Origin: an uncultured Chloroflexia bacterium
GTDB taxonomy: Bacteria; Chloroflexota; Limnocylindria; Limnocylindrales; CSP1-4
Direction of reading: 5' to 3'
NCBI GenBank assembly: GCA_963776545.1
Contig: CAVZND010000007.1
Coordinates: forward strand, 8,631-72,630
DNA: 64,000 nt
Both the position numbers and the translations under genes were made by a program. The notes under the pieces were generated by a model that was given only the letters and a program-made list of their open reading frames with translations, searched no databases and was not told the DNA's origin. Of this stretch, positions 43,451 to 54,770 are shown in pieces. Within the stretch, counting starts at the first letter, position 1. Each line of letters opens with the position of its first letter.

Positions 43451-46432
43451 TCAGCGCTCGCGGGCCCGCCGCTTGGCGTCGCGGAGGCGGGCCATGGTGT
43501 CGGTTGCGTCCGCCGCGGGAGGGGCCGCCGGAGCGGCCGGTGCGGGCGTCGACGCGGCGGTCGCCGCGTGCGCGGACGGGACGGGCGCCGGTGCCTTCGC
43601 TGTCGGGTCCGCCGAACGGGCCGGCTTCGAGGCGAGGGCCGTGGCCGGGCTGGCCCGGGTCGTCGTGGTCGTCACGGTCGCCGCGCTCGGATCGGCGGGC
43701 GTCGTCCGGAGCGCGGCTCGAGATGGTGCGCCGCTCGCCCGCTCCCGGGCCGCGAACAGGCCCTCACCGGTGGCCGTCCTGGGCGCGGTCGAACCCCGCC
43801 GGCGGGGGATCCCGCGGACCCAGGCGCCGGCGGCCGCGAATTCGCGACGCCCGATCGACACCCGCCGGAGCGCGATGTCGATCGGCCAGAGCAGGAGCGC
43901 CAGAAGGAGCAGCAGTGGCCACAGGTCCGTGTAGCGGTTCGTGGCGGTCAGGTCATGGACCCACGGATCGAGCGCCGTCTCCACGACCTCGCCGCCCGTG
44001 GCGGATCGCAGGCCGGCGAGGAACGGTTCGTCCGAGCCAAGGAGCCGGTACTCGGCGGCGGTCGGGGCGACCAGTCCGATCGTGCGCCCGAGGGCCGATG
44101 ACCCGGGCCGGGTCTGCGTGACGCGCAGCGCGTACGCCCCCGGCGCGACCTCGCCGAGCGGCGCCTCGTAGACGCCCGGTGCCACCTGGACGAGGGCGAC
44201 GTCGACCGGCTCCAGGTCCGGCCCGACGACCGTCGCCCGGGTGGAGTAGAAGTCGCGCGGCGAGCCGTCGGCCTCGACGCTCTCCACGTGAAGCGCCGTC
44301 GCGCCGTCCTTGGAGTCGAAGCGGGCCTCGATGCCGTCGGTCTCTTCGCCCGGGAACGTCCAGCTCACGAGCTGCGAGAAGAACCGGTTGAACCCGCCCC
44401 ACGCCAGCCAGTCCTTGGCCCAGCGCCCGGTCGAGTCCGACGTCCAGGCCACGGACCGTCCCAGGCCGTACTGCCACTGCGCGAGCAGCGGGTCGTCGCG
44501 CGCCGTCACGAGGACCGTCTGCGCGGCCGGCTTGGCGGTCGTTCCGTTGTAGCCGAGGAGCTGCGGCAGGCCGTCGTCGAGACCGCGCAGGATCGGCGAC
44601 GACGAGGTCAGGATCGGGAAGAACGGCTCCTCCACGATCTGCTGTCCCGACACCTGCTGGGTCTCCTTGAGGAAGATGTCGGGGATGCTGGCCGGGTTGG
44701 CGGCCGCATAGAACCGGCCGCCACCCTGGGTCGCCAGCTGCTCGAGGAAGGGGTTCGCGCCGCCGCCCGCACCGACCGTCGAGAGGGTGATGCCATCGGC
44801 CTTCATCTTGGCCAGGATCTCGTCGTACTGGCCCGAGGTCGACCAGCCGTCGGTGAGCAAGATGATGTGGCGGCGGGTCGCCTGGACGCCTTCGAGCGAC
44901 TGGACCGCCTGGTCGAGCCCCGCGAAGATGTTCGTCTGGCCATCGGCCCGGATGCCGCTGATCTGGCCCTGGAGATCGCCGACCTGGCCCAGTGGCTGCG
45001 TGCGGACGACCCAGTGCGCGGCCTCGTTGAAGCTGACGACGCCCAGTTCGTCTCGCTCGGTCATCGCGGCGGCGGCCCGCAGGATGGCCTCCTTGCCGAT
45101 ATCGACCTTCTGGACGCCGGCGATCCCGGCGCCGGTGCCCCGGTCGAACGAGTTGCAGTGGCAGGCGGCCATCGAACCCGACGAGTCGATGACGATGACC
45201 AGCGCGATGTCCGGCTGCTTCTGGCGGTCGCGCACGCCCATGTCGACCGGCAGCGTCTCTTCGAGCGGCGTCTTCTGGAAGCCGCCCGCGCCGTAGCTGT
45301 TCGGACCGCCGACCATCACCAGCCCCTTGCCGAGGTCGCGCACGTAGACCTGCAGCGCAGCGAGCTGGCGGTCCGAGAGCCGGATGCGCGGCACGTCGAC
45401 GAGGACGACGCTGTCATAGGTCGCGAGGCCGGCGAAGTCGGTCGGGAGCGCTTCGGGGAGGATCGTGTCGACCTGCTGGCGCTGGCTCTCGAGCGCCCGG
45501 ACCAGCTCGGCGGCGACCAGGTCGTTGCCGGCCAGCACGAGCGTCCTCGGCTCGCCTTTGACGATGGTGTTCGAGTCGGCACGATCGTTCTCGCTGAACG
45601 TGTCACGGGCCGCCTCGACGCGGACCCGGAAGGTGTGGAACCCGGCATCGGTCGGCTTGATGTCGAACGTCACGTGCGTGACGCCGGCATCGAGGCTGAC
45701 CGGCTGCGAAGCTACCTCGGCGCCATCAGCGAACAGGAAGACGGTCGCCTGCTGCGCCACCGAGGAGCGGATCTCGGCGACCGCCTCGATCGACTCGCCG
45801 AGACGGGCGGTCGAGGGGGTGGTCAGCCGTTCGACGACGACCTCGTCGGCGTCGCCGAGGCCGATCTGGCGGGTCTCGATCTCGACGCCGCGACTGGCCG
45901 CCAGGGCGCCCTCGGCCTGGCCGGAGCCCGTGGTGTCGTTGCCGTCACTGAGGAGCACGATGCGCTTCTGGGCGTCGTCCGGGAACAGGGCCGTCGCGAG
46001 GCGCAGCGCCGCCCCGATGTCGGTCGCGGACTTGACCGGCGTCGAGGCGAGCCGATCGATCTCCTCGAGCTCCGACGGCAGCCGCTCGACGAGGGCGTCC
46101 TTGCCGAACGCCACGATCCCGGCGACGTCGCCGGGTGGCTTCTCCTTGAGCGTCTCGCGCAAGAAGGCCAGGGCGTCCGAGCGACCCGCGTTCCCGACCG
46201 AATCGGAGAGGTCGACGACGAAGACCGTCGCCAGCCGGTCCACCGGCAACACCAGCTGGAAGCCCGCGATGGCGAAGACCAGCGCGGTCAGGACGACCGA
46301 CCGAAGGACGAGGGCGGCGCGTCGTCGCCCCGCACCCAGGCGCCGGCGCGCGCCCGCGTGCAGCGCGAACGTCAGTGCCAGGGCCGGGATCAGGAGCAGC
46401 AGCGCGAGGGGCGCTTCGAACGCGACGCCCAT
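43451..46432 (-). CDS. 993-aa membrane protein: BatA-type N-terminal double TM + VWA + amidotransferase-like middle domain + second VWA + C-terminal TM and disordered tail
   Basis: N-terminus APLALLLLIPALAL. First MIDAS motif VVDLSDSV, second VIDSSGSM. Middle segment LVLAGND...VVLVDVP...LVMVGGPNSYGAGG. C-terminal helix LWPLLLLLALLLWPI. ATG abuts the upstream TAG. Confidence 0.88.
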   Translation of the reverse strand: MGVAFEAPLALLLLIPALALTFALHAGARRRLGAGRRRAALVLRSVVLTALVFAIAGFQLVLPVDRLATVFVVDLSDSVGNAGRSDALAFLRETLKEKPPGDVAGIVAFGKDALVERLPSELEEIDRLASTPVKSATDIGAALRLATALFPDDAQKRIVLLSDGNDTTGSGQAEGALAASRGVEIETRQIGLGDADEVVVERLTTPSTARLGESIEAVAEIRSSVAQQATVFLFADGAEVASQPVSLDAGVTHVTFDIKPTDAGFHTFRVRVEAARDTFSENDRADSNTIVKGEPRTLVLAGNDLVAAELVRALESQRQQVDTILPEALPTDFAGLATYDSVVLVDVPRIRLSDRQLAALQVYVRDLGKGLVMVGGPNSYGAGGFQKTPLEETLPVDMGVRDRQKQPDIALVIVIDSSGSMAACHCNSFDRGTGAGIAGVQKVDIGKEAILRAAAAMTERDELGVVSFNEAAHWVVRTQPLGQVGDLQGQISGIRADGQTNIFAGLDQAVQSLEGVQATRRHIILLTDGWSTSGQYDEILAKMKADGITLSTVGAGGGANPFLEQLATQGGGRFYAAANPASIPDIFLKETQQVSGQQIVEEPFFPILTSSSPILRGLDDGLPQLLGYNGTTAKPAAQTVLVTARDDPLLAQWQYGLGRSVAWTSDSTGRWAKDWLAWGGFNRFFSQLVSWTFPGEETDGIEARFDSKDGATALHVESVEADGSPRDFYSTRATVVGPDLEPVDVALVQVAPGVYEAPLGEVAPGAYALRVTQTRPGSSALGRTIGLVAPTAAEYRLLGSDEPFLAGLRSATGGEVVETALDPWVHDLTATNRYTDLWPLLLLLALLLWPIDIALRRVSIGRREFAAAGAWVRGIPRRRGSTAPRTATGEGLFAARERASGAPSRAALRTTPADPSAATVTTTTTRASPATALASKPARSADPTAKAPAPVPSAHAATAASTPAPAAPAAPPAADATDTMARLRDAKRRARER

Positions 46433-48526
46433 CTAGGCGGTCCCGTCCGACTGGCGGCCCAACCGCGCCGCCAGTGAGCGCCGCATCCGCACGACCGCAT
46501 CGCGGTGGTACAGCGCCCATTCGATGCAGAGCCCGACGAGGACGAGCACCACGATCGGGAGCCACAGCTCGTCGCGGGCCGTCGGCCGGTCGGTCGGGGC
46601 ACCGCTGCCCGGGGCCGCCGACGGGTTTGGGGCGCTGCCCAGCCCTTCGATGGCCGTGACCGACCCTGGGGCGATGGTCGACTCGCCGACGTCGAACAGG
46701 TCGACCGCGAAGCGGACCGGCGCGTTCGGGTCGACCGGCACGGCCGATGCGCCGGGCGACGCCGCACCGGACGGACGGGCACTCGGACGCGGCGTCGTAG
46801 CGGCGCTCGGCGCCCCGCTCGACGACGGACCCGGCGATGCATCGCCGGACCGGATCGGCACCACGGTGTAGATGCCCGGCAGGTCGGTCGCGACATACGA
46901 CACCGAGGAACCGCCGGCGGCGCTCGCGACGAGCTCGGTCGTCGTGCCGTCTGGGCTCGTGACGGTCACGCCGGTCGCACCCGCCGGAATCGCCAGGTTG
47001 ACGGGTGTGCCGGGCGAGACCGCCTCGGTCGGCGCCGCCGATCCACCCAGCAGCTCGCCGGTGAGGTTGGACAGCAGGATCGGGAACGCGACTTGCAGCG
47101 GCAGGTCGGAGCGCCGCGGCTCGAACGCGAGGACGGCGGTCGGCAGGCCGGCCCGCAAGCCCGTGTAGAGGAGGGGAGCGCCCTTCGGACCCGGGATGAT
47201 CGTGCGGGCCCAGTCCGGCGTCGTCAGGAGCTGCGCCGCGGAGATGTGAGTCGTCGAGAGGTCGACGTAGCGCAGGATCGGCTCGTCCGGGCTGAGCGAG
47301 CCGATGCCCGGGTCCTTGAGCGTGCCATTCACCACGCCGAGCGCGCTCGTCCGTGGCGGTGCGATGGCCAGGATCGGGGTGGTCGGCAGCGTCGTCGGCA
47401 ACGTCGATTCGAAGATGGTCAGGTCCCACGGGCGTCCGTCCGTCCGCTCCGACGCGGGGCCGTAATCGGCGGGCTCGACGCCGTACAGCTCGACGTTCGG
47501 GAGGTAGGACAGGGCGGTCTCGAGATAGGGGTCGCCTTCGCCGACCAGGAGGACGAGCTTCGTCTGTGCCGCGGGCAGGACCGCCCAGGCCCGGTCGTCG
47601 ATGGCGAGCTGGTCCGGAGCGGCCGTTGACGCCGGATCCCGACCGACGAGGCGGACCTCGACGACGCCGACATCGGCCGGGACGTCATCGATGACGACGT
47701 CGGAGCGGGCCTGGGCATCGAGGTCCACGTCGCGCGCCTCGAGCAGCCGGTCGTCGCCCCAGACCTCGATGCGCCGCCGGGCGCTTTCGATGTCGAGGTT
47801 GGCGACGCTGACGAAGACCGACCGGGTGACTGACGAGGGCGACGTCCGCACCGCGAGCGCGACGATCGCCTGGTTCTTGCGGTCGCGCCCGACCGGCAGG
47901 ACCTTGATGGGCGCGTCCACTTTCGTGGTCGGGACACTCGCCAGGGCCGCGTCGGTCGCGATGAGGATCTGGGCGTCGCCCGAGCGGGCCGCCAGCTTGG
48001 AGGCGAGCTCCAGGGCATCCCCGAGATCCCCCCGGGTCGCCGCCGGCTCCAGCTCGTCGAGAGCCTGGCGGACGCGGCCGATGTCGGCCGTGTCGTTGAC
48101 CACGATGCGCGCGCTCCGGTCGACGGCGATGACGCTGACGCGGCCGCCGGTCGGCAGGTCGCCCAGGGCATCGATCGCGGCGGCGCGCGCGGCGGCCAGC
48201 CGGTTCGGCGCCACGTCCGTTGCGGCCATGCTGGCCGACGTGTCCATGACCAGGACGATGTCGCGGGCGAGACCGGCCGGTCGCTCGAGGAACGGTCGGG
48301 CGACGAGGAGGACGAGCGCGATGACCAGCAGCAACTGGAGCAGGAGCAGCGGGCTGCGCCGCAGGCGCTGCCACGGCGCATTCGCCTCGACGTCGGTCAG
48401 GAGGCGACTCCAGAGGAGCGTCGAGGGGACGACGGCCTGATCGCGCCGGAGCTTCAGCATGTACATCGCGATGACGACCGGGATGAAGACCAGGCCGGCG
48501 AGCGCGAGCGGCGTGATGAACGGCAT
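46433..48526 (-). CDS. 697-aa BatA-like protein (N-terminal double TM + VWA domain + C-terminal TM)
   Basis: MPFITPLALAGLVFIPVVIAMYMLKLRR (aerotolerance-regulator N-terminal type), MIDAS motif VMDTSASM, C-terminal helix LWLPIVVLVLVGLCIEWAL. Confidence 0.88.
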   Translation of the reverse strand: MPFITPLALAGLVFIPVVIAMYMLKLRRDQAVVPSTLLWSRLLTDVEANAPWQRLRRSPLLLLQLLLVIALVLLVARPFLERPAGLARDIVLVMDTSASMAATDVAPNRLAAARAAAIDALGDLPTGGRVSVIAVDRSARIVVNDTADIGRVRQALDELEPAATRGDLGDALELASKLAARSGDAQILIATDAALASVPTTKVDAPIKVLPVGRDRKNQAIVALAVRTSPSSVTRSVFVSVANLDIESARRRIEVWGDDRLLEARDVDLDAQARSDVVIDDVPADVGVVEVRLVGRDPASTAAPDQLAIDDRAWAVLPAAQTKLVLLVGEGDPYLETALSYLPNVELYGVEPADYGPASERTDGRPWDLTIFESTLPTTLPTTPILAIAPPRTSALGVVNGTLKDPGIGSLSPDEPILRYVDLSTTHISAAQLLTTPDWARTIIPGPKGAPLLYTGLRAGLPTAVLAFEPRRSDLPLQVAFPILLSNLTGELLGGSAAPTEAVSPGTPVNLAIPAGATGVTVTSPDGTTTELVASAAGGSSVSYVATDLPGIYTVVPIRSGDASPGPSSSGAPSAATTPRPSARPSGAASPGASAVPVDPNAPVRFAVDLFDVGESTIAPGSVTAIEGLGSAPNPSAAPGSGAPTDRPTARDELWLPIVVLVLVGLCIEWALYHRDAVVRMRRSLAARLGRQSDGTA

Positions 48527-48530
48527 CGGC

Positions 48531-49517
48531 CTAGCCCAGGACTCGTCGGCGGCGCAGCTCGGCGAACATCAGGTCGGCCAGGTTCACGTCCGACGAGAGG
48601 TCGACGTAGCCGGCACGGCGCTTCGCCGCGAGATCCGCGAACCCGGCCTTCCAGGCCGCGAGTCGGGCCTTGTACGCGTCGATGGTCGAGAGGTCAACCG
48701 TCACGTCGATGCCTTCGCCGGTCTCGCTGTCGATGAGCCGGAGGTCGCCCTCGAGGGTCGGCTCCAGCTCGTCGGGCGAGAGGATGTGCATGACGATGAG
48801 CTCGGACCCGGTGGCCGCGAGCTCCCGCACCACCCGGTCGGCCGCGGGATCGAGGAGGTCCGAGAGCAGGATCACCACACCGCGGCCATGGAGCTGGGCC
48901 GCGGCATGACGAGCGGACGCCAGCAGGTCGGTCGGCCCCTCGGTCGGGGTGATGGCCGAGAGGTCCGCCAGGAGCCGGAAGACCCGGCCGGAACCACGCA
49001 ACGCCGTCCGGCGACGAGCCGTGCGTCCCGACAGGGCGGTCACCGCGACCCGATCCTCGCTGGCGAGCCCGATGTATCCGAGCGCGGCGGCCGCCCGCTT
49101 CGCGAACAGCAGCTTGGCCGGCTGGCCGGCCGCCATCGACGCCGACGCATCGACAAGGAGGGTCACCGTGACGTCCTCCTCCTCGACGAAGAGCTTGACG
49201 AAGAGGCGCTCGAGCCGGGCGTAGACGTTCCAGTCGAGCTGGCGCAGGTCGTCGCCGAGGGAGTAGTCGCGGTAGTCGGCGAACTCGACCGACTGGCCGC
49301 GCTTGACGCTCCGGCGACCGCCCTTGAGGCCGCCGCGGACCGGCGAACGCATGAGCAGGAGCAGGCGCTCCAGCTGCCGCAGGAAGGCCTCGTCGAAGAC
49401 GGTCGGGTCGACCTCGCTCGGCAGGAACGCCTGGCGCGTGCCGGCCGCCGCCGGACGGTCGCCGGAACCGGTCGTCGGTGGCGGTCCGGCCTGCGGTCCG
49501 GGCAGTGCGTCGGTCAT
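48531..49517 (-). CDS. DUF58-family protein (MoxR-associated)
   Basis: GQSVEFADYRDYSLGDDLRQLDWNVYAR and LLVDASASM are typical of DUF58. Sits between the MoxR and VWA genes. Confidence 0.9.
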   Translation of the reverse strand: MTDALPGPQAGPPPTTGSGDRPAAAGTRQAFLPSEVDPTVFDEAFLRQLERLLLLMRSPVRGGLKGGRRSVKRGQSVEFADYRDYSLGDDLRQLDWNVYARLERLFVKLFVEEEDVTVTLLVDASASMAAGQPAKLLFAKRAAAALGYIGLASEDRVAVTALSGRTARRRTALRGSGRVFRLLADLSAITPTEGPTDLLASARHAAAQLHGRGVVILLSDLLDPAADRVVRELAATGSELIVMHILSPDELEPTLEGDLRLIDSETGEGIDVTVDLSTIDAYKARLAAWKAGFADLAAKRRAGYVDLSSDVNLADLMFAELRRRRVLG

Positions 49518-49551
49518 GCGCTGGTCGCCTGGCTCGGGTCCCGTGGACCCG

Positions 49552-50609
<1,058 letters not shown>

Positions 50610-50613
<4 letters not shown>

Positions 50614-52571
50614 TGGGCCGGATCGAGCGAGCTGAAGTAATCGCGCACGAAGTCCTTGACCGAGAGTGGGATATACCCGCGTTCCAACGAGGTCTGGGCG
50701 TATCGCTCGAAGTCCGCGTAGACCTGCTGATACGGCGTGAGCGCTCCGTTGTTGGTGCCGTTTCCGGTCTGGTTGCCCTGCTGGGTCTGGCCGTCACCGC
50801 CCTGGCCGGCGATGTACGACGGTTCCCCGGGCCGGCCGAGACGGTCGAAGGGGGCGTAGAGCGACGAGAGATCCTCGCCCAGCTGCGACGGTCGGTTCGG
50901 GTTGGTCGGGCCGGCCGGTCGACCGTTCCCGCCCATGCCGTTGCCGAGCGAGCGGGCATTCGAGCCGCCGCCGCCGATGGCGCCCTGCCCCTGGCCCTGA
51001 CCTTGGCCCTGCCCCTGACCTTGGCCCTGGCCCTGACCTTGGCCCTGGCCCTGACCTTGGCCCTGGCCCTGGCCCTGACCTTGGCCCTGACCCTGACCTT
51101 GGCCCTGACCCTGTCCCTGGCCTTGCCCCTGGCCCTGACCTTGGCCTTGCTGGCCGGGGCTCGTGCCCGGGCTGCCCTGTCCCTGCCCCTGGCCGGCCCC
51201 TCCGCTCGGACGCGGGCTCCCCTGGGCCTGGCCCTGACCCTGACCACGAGCCGTGTTGGGCCGCCCGGCATCGGCGAGCTGGCGGCGGGCCTCCTGGAGC
51301 CGTGACGCCGCGCCGGACAGATCGCGGTTCGCCGTGACCTGGCGCTCGGTGCCGGTCAGCGCCTCGCCCAGCCGGTCCAGTGCGCTCTTCGCACCTGCGG
51401 TGTCGCCCTGAGCCAGGCTTTGCGCCGCGTCATGCAGCGCGGTCGAGGCAGCGCCGTTCGTGCCGGATGCCGCGGCCTGCTGCTCGGCGAGCTGGCGGGC
51501 CAGGTTTGCCCGCTGTTCCGGGGTCATCTCGTCGAGCTGCTCCCCGAGTCGATCGAGGTCTTCCTTGGTCTGCTTCGGGTCGCCGTCCTTGTTGGCGTCG
51601 GGCTTGCCGGTGGCCGCCCTCGACAGGGCGCGACTCAGCGACGTCATGGCCGCCGCGCGCTGTTCGGTGGCCGGGTCGACCTGCGCTCGTACGTCTGCCT
51701 CGACCGATCCCAGCTTGGCGAGATTGACGTCGAGCTGGTCGGGGCGGTCGCGCAGCTGGCGTGCCAGGTCACGCAGGTCCTGGGCCAGGCGCGTCCGCGG
51801 GTCCTGGGCGTCGGCGCCCTTGGATTCGAGTTCGTGCGCCAGCTCGTCGAGTCGTTCAGCCTGCTGGTTCGCAGCCTCGCGCACCTGCCGCTGCTGGGCG
51901 ATGGCAGCGTCCTGCGGGTTCGGGATCAACAGGACCGGGGCCAGCAGGAGTGCCGCGATCACCGCCGCGACCGCCGGCCGGCGAGAGAACTTCGGTCGGA
52001 ACAGGTTCGAAGGGGCGCTTCGTAGCGCGGCGACCGCATCGGCCCGCTGCCGTCGGACGAAGCGGTCGGTCTGGGCGGCCTCATCGATCGGCCCCACGCT
52101 CGCAACGGGTCCGTCCTCAGGCTCGATCGGCTCGGTGGCCGGGCCGGCCGAGGCCGGGAACCCGACTGCCAGCTCGAGCGCGCTGGAGACGCGATCGCCT
52201 AGGTGCGCTTCCATGTCCATCGCGAGGGCTGTCTCGCCCAGCGATGGTCGAGCACGGACGATCGCGATCAACAGTGCGACCGCCCCGACGATCGGGATGG
52301 CGGCGCCGGCGATCGGCGCCCACTCGAGCGGTACGAAGCGGGCGATCGTCCAAAGGGCGAGCTCCGCGACCAGGATGGCTGCGATGGCGATCCACGAACG
52401 ACGGACGATCCGGCGGATCCAGAGGCGTCGGCGGTGCGACCTGAGACCGTCGCGGACCGAAAGCAGCGCCGGATCCAGCGGACCCTCGATGGCACGCCGT
52501 GGATCGACCGGGACGTACGCGACCTCGGCGGGCCCGGACGGGCGGCGCACCTGCGGGCGTCCGACCCTCAC
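50610..52571 (-). CDS. 653-aa membrane-anchored coiled-coil protein with (GQ)n tract and conserved-looking C-terminal module
   Basis: GTG 52571 overlaps the permease stop (GTGA). Three TM helices, about 250 aa of heptad-like Ala/Gln/Arg/Asp-rich sequence, and about 28 GQ dipeptides. C-terminus reads ALTPYQQVYADFERYAQTSLERGYIPLSVKDFVRDYFSSL. The track ORF to 52922 is an upstream-open frame. Confidence 0.8.
50984..51150 (-). repeat. Coding hexanucleotide microsatellite (GGYCAR)n encoding poly-(Gly-Gln)
   Basis: The plus strand reads ccctggccctgaccttggccctg... almost uninterrupted. Smaller tracts occur at about 51176-51195 and 51225-51245. Confidence 0.9.
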
Positions 52572-53797
52572 GCGGCCGATCCCTTCGGTTCGCGTCGGCG
52601 CAGGCGTGGCCGCCAGCGACGAGTCGGCGAGACCAGCTGGACGGACAGGAACAGGAAGATGACCGACAGGATCAGCCACGTCGCCACGCTCTTCGGCCAC
52701 ACGGTGTCGCGCAGGGCGCCGAACGGCGCGACGTCCTGGATGGGATTGCCGAACCGGTCGGTCGGTACGGCGACGCCGCTGTCGAGCACGACCCCCCCGT
52801 TCGCGACGCCCACGAGCGGGACGGCTCCGGAGAAGTTCCGGTCGCCGAAGACGACGCCGTTGTTCGGGACGAGCTGCTGGGTCAACCCGCACCACGTGCC
52901 GTACGAGAGCTCCGTGCCGCACAGCACGTCGGCCTGCGCCACGAACGGATTGACGTAGGCGACGATCTCGGGCGCCCGGCCCTTGATCGGGCCGAACCCA
53001 CGGCCCTGGTCGGTGCCGGCCATGCCGGTCCAGAACACGAGCAGGAAGAGCGAGCCGATCGAGACCGCGAGCACGCCGAAGATCGAGATCGCCGTGGCCG
53101 CCTGCGTGCGCTTCACCAGGCTCGAGCAGAACAGCCCGAATGCGCCGAGACCGAGGGCGGTCGCGAGCAGGACGGCGTAACCCTTGAGGACGTCCTCGGG
53201 ACTGACGCCGCCATAGACGAAGACGACGGCGGTCAGCGGGACCGAGGCGACGATCAGGAGGAAGACGTAGGTCAGCGCGCTGAGCAGCTTGCCGAGCACG
53301 ATGGCGACCGACGAGATCGGCGTGGCGATGAGCATGTCCAGCGTCTGCTTCTCGCGCTCAAGGCTGATGGCCCCGGCCGTCGCGGCCGGAGCGAGGAAGA
53401 TCACCTGGAGCGTCTCGAGCATCAGAAGGGCCGCGAAGATGCCTTGGCCGATCGCCGCCGATGCATACGCCGCGGAGCTGCCGAAGCCGCTCATGTACGA
53501 GCGCTCCATCAGCAGCTCGACCATCCAGGCGAACCCGCCGAGCAGCAGCAGGTAGATCGTCAGGATCACGAAGGCTCGCCGCCCGCGCATCCGGCCGCGC
53601 AACTCCTTGACGCCGACGGCGGCGATGCCGCCGGAGATCCGTCGCACGCTCGGCCGCGGCAGGCGCAGGCGTCGCCCAGGGGAGGCGACCATCGTCGTCT
53701 CGACGCTGCCCAGCTCTCCGGCGATCGGCGTGGCCGCGATCTCCTCGACGGTCGCCGCGTCCGGCGCCGGGATCGGGTTCGAGGTGGGCTCGGTCAT
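52568..53797 (-). CDS. ABC-2-type transporter permease with large extracytoplasmic C-proximal loop
   Basis: ATG 53797 is preceded by SD GAGGAG, which overlaps the ATPase stop. Six hydrophobic helices, a Cys-pair loop (VLCGTELSYGTWCG), and a final TM helix. Confidence 0.85.
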   Translation of the reverse strand: MTEPTSNPIPAPDAATVEEIAATPIAGELGSVETTMVASPGRRLRLPRPSVRRISGGIAAVGVKELRGRMRGRRAFVILTIYLLLLGGFAWMVELLMERSYMSGFGSSAAYASAAIGQGIFAALLMLETLQVIFLAPAATAGAISLEREKQTLDMLIATPISSVAIVLGKLLSALTYVFLLIVASVPLTAVVFVYGGVSPEDVLKGYAVLLATALGLGAFGLFCSSLVKRTQAATAISIFGVLAVSIGSLFLLVFWTGMAGTDQGRGFGPIKGRAPEIVAYVNPFVAQADVLCGTELSYGTWCGLTQQLVPNNGVVFGDRNFSGAVPLVGVANGGVVLDSGVAVPTDRFGNPIQDVAPFGALRDTVWPKSVATWLILSVIFLFLSVQLVSPTRRWRPRLRRREPKGSAA

Positions 53798-53807
53798 CGA
53801 TCGCTCC

Positions 53808-54770
53808 TCAGGCCGCATCGAGTGGGGCGCTCTCGGGCGCCGTCACCTGGAGGAACAGTTCCTCGAGGTCGCTCGCCGCGCGGGCGAAGCTCGCGATGGG
53901 CATGCCGGCTCGAACGGATTCGGCCAGCAGGCGGGCGGATGCGGCGTCGTCGCCGCGGAAGCCGAGCTCGATCGTGCCGTCCTCGAGGACCACCGCCGAG
54001 GCGACATCGGCATCGGCCGCGAACCGGTCGCGCGCCGCCGCGAGGGCGTCCGCGTCGGCGAGCAGTCGGACGCGCAGGACCGCTCCGAAGCGCAACCGGC
54101 GCTCGATGTCGGCGACGCGGCCCTGGGCGAGCACCTGGCCGCGGTCGACGATCGCGACGCTCGTGCACAGTTCCTCGAGCTCGGGAAGGATGTGGCTGCT
54201 GATGAGGATCGTCTTGCCGAGCGCCCGGAGCTCGCGCAGCAGCTCGCGCAGTTCGACCCTGGCCCGCGGATCGAGCCCGGACGCGGGCTCGTCGAGGAGC
54301 AGGATCTGGGGGTCGTGGACGAGGGCGTGGGCCAGGCACAGCCGTTGCTGCATGCCGCGCGACAGCGTCTGGACGTACTGATCGCGCTTGTCGCCGAGGT
54401 CCACGAGTTCGAGCAGGTCCCCGATCATGCGCCGTCGGCCAGCTGCCGGGATGCCGTAGCAGCGAGCGAAGAAGTCGAGGTACTCCCACACCTTCATGTC
54501 GTCGTAGACCCCGAACACGTCCGGCATGAACCCGAGGACGGCTCGTACCTGGTCGGGGTTCCGGGTGACGGACCAGCCGGCGATCTCGGCCTCCCCGGCG
54601 GACGGCCGCAGGAGCGTGGCGAGGATGCGCAGGGTCGTGGTCTTGCCCGCGCCGTTGGGTCCCACGAGGCCGAAGATCTCGCCGGCCTCGACGGAGAGGT
54701 CCACGCCAGCGACGGCGAGGGTGCCGTCGTACCGCTTGACGAGCCCTTCGGTCCGCACGATCGCGGTCAT
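53808..54770 (-). CDS. ABC transporter ATP-binding protein
   Basis: Walker A GPNGAGKTT, Q-loop, signature LSRGMQQRL, Walker B LLLDEPASGLD, H-loop SSHIL. ATG overlaps the upstream stop (ATGA). Confidence 0.95.
   Translation of the reverse strand: MTAIVRTEGLVKRYDGTLAVAGVDLSVEAGEIFGLVGPNGAGKTTTLRILATLLRPSAGEAEIAGWSVTRNPDQVRAVLGFMPDVFGVYDDMKVWEYLDFFARCYGIPAAGRRRMIGDLLELVDLGDKRDQYVQTLSRGMQQRLCLAHALVHDPQILLLDEPASGLDPRARVELRELLRELRALGKTILISSHILPELEELCTSVAIVDRGQVLAQGRVADIERRLRFGAVLRVRLLADADALAAARDRFAADADVASAVVLEDGTIELGFRGDDAASARLLAESVRAGMPIASFARAASDLEELFLQVTAPESAPLDAA

Noticed and set aside
50984-51245. Repeat tract considered as a CRISPR-like or intergenic satellite array.
   Set aside because: The period is 6 nt with no spacers. 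It is in frame inside a long ORF and encodes Gly-Gln. No cas genes are present anywhere in the window.
52572-52922. N-terminal 117-residue extension of the coiled-coil protein ORF (track start at 52922).
   Set aside because: It would overlap the 3' end of the ABC-2 permease gene in another frame, and it is Arg-rich junk. A GTG at 52571 gives a GTGA overlap consistent with the other junctions of the operon.
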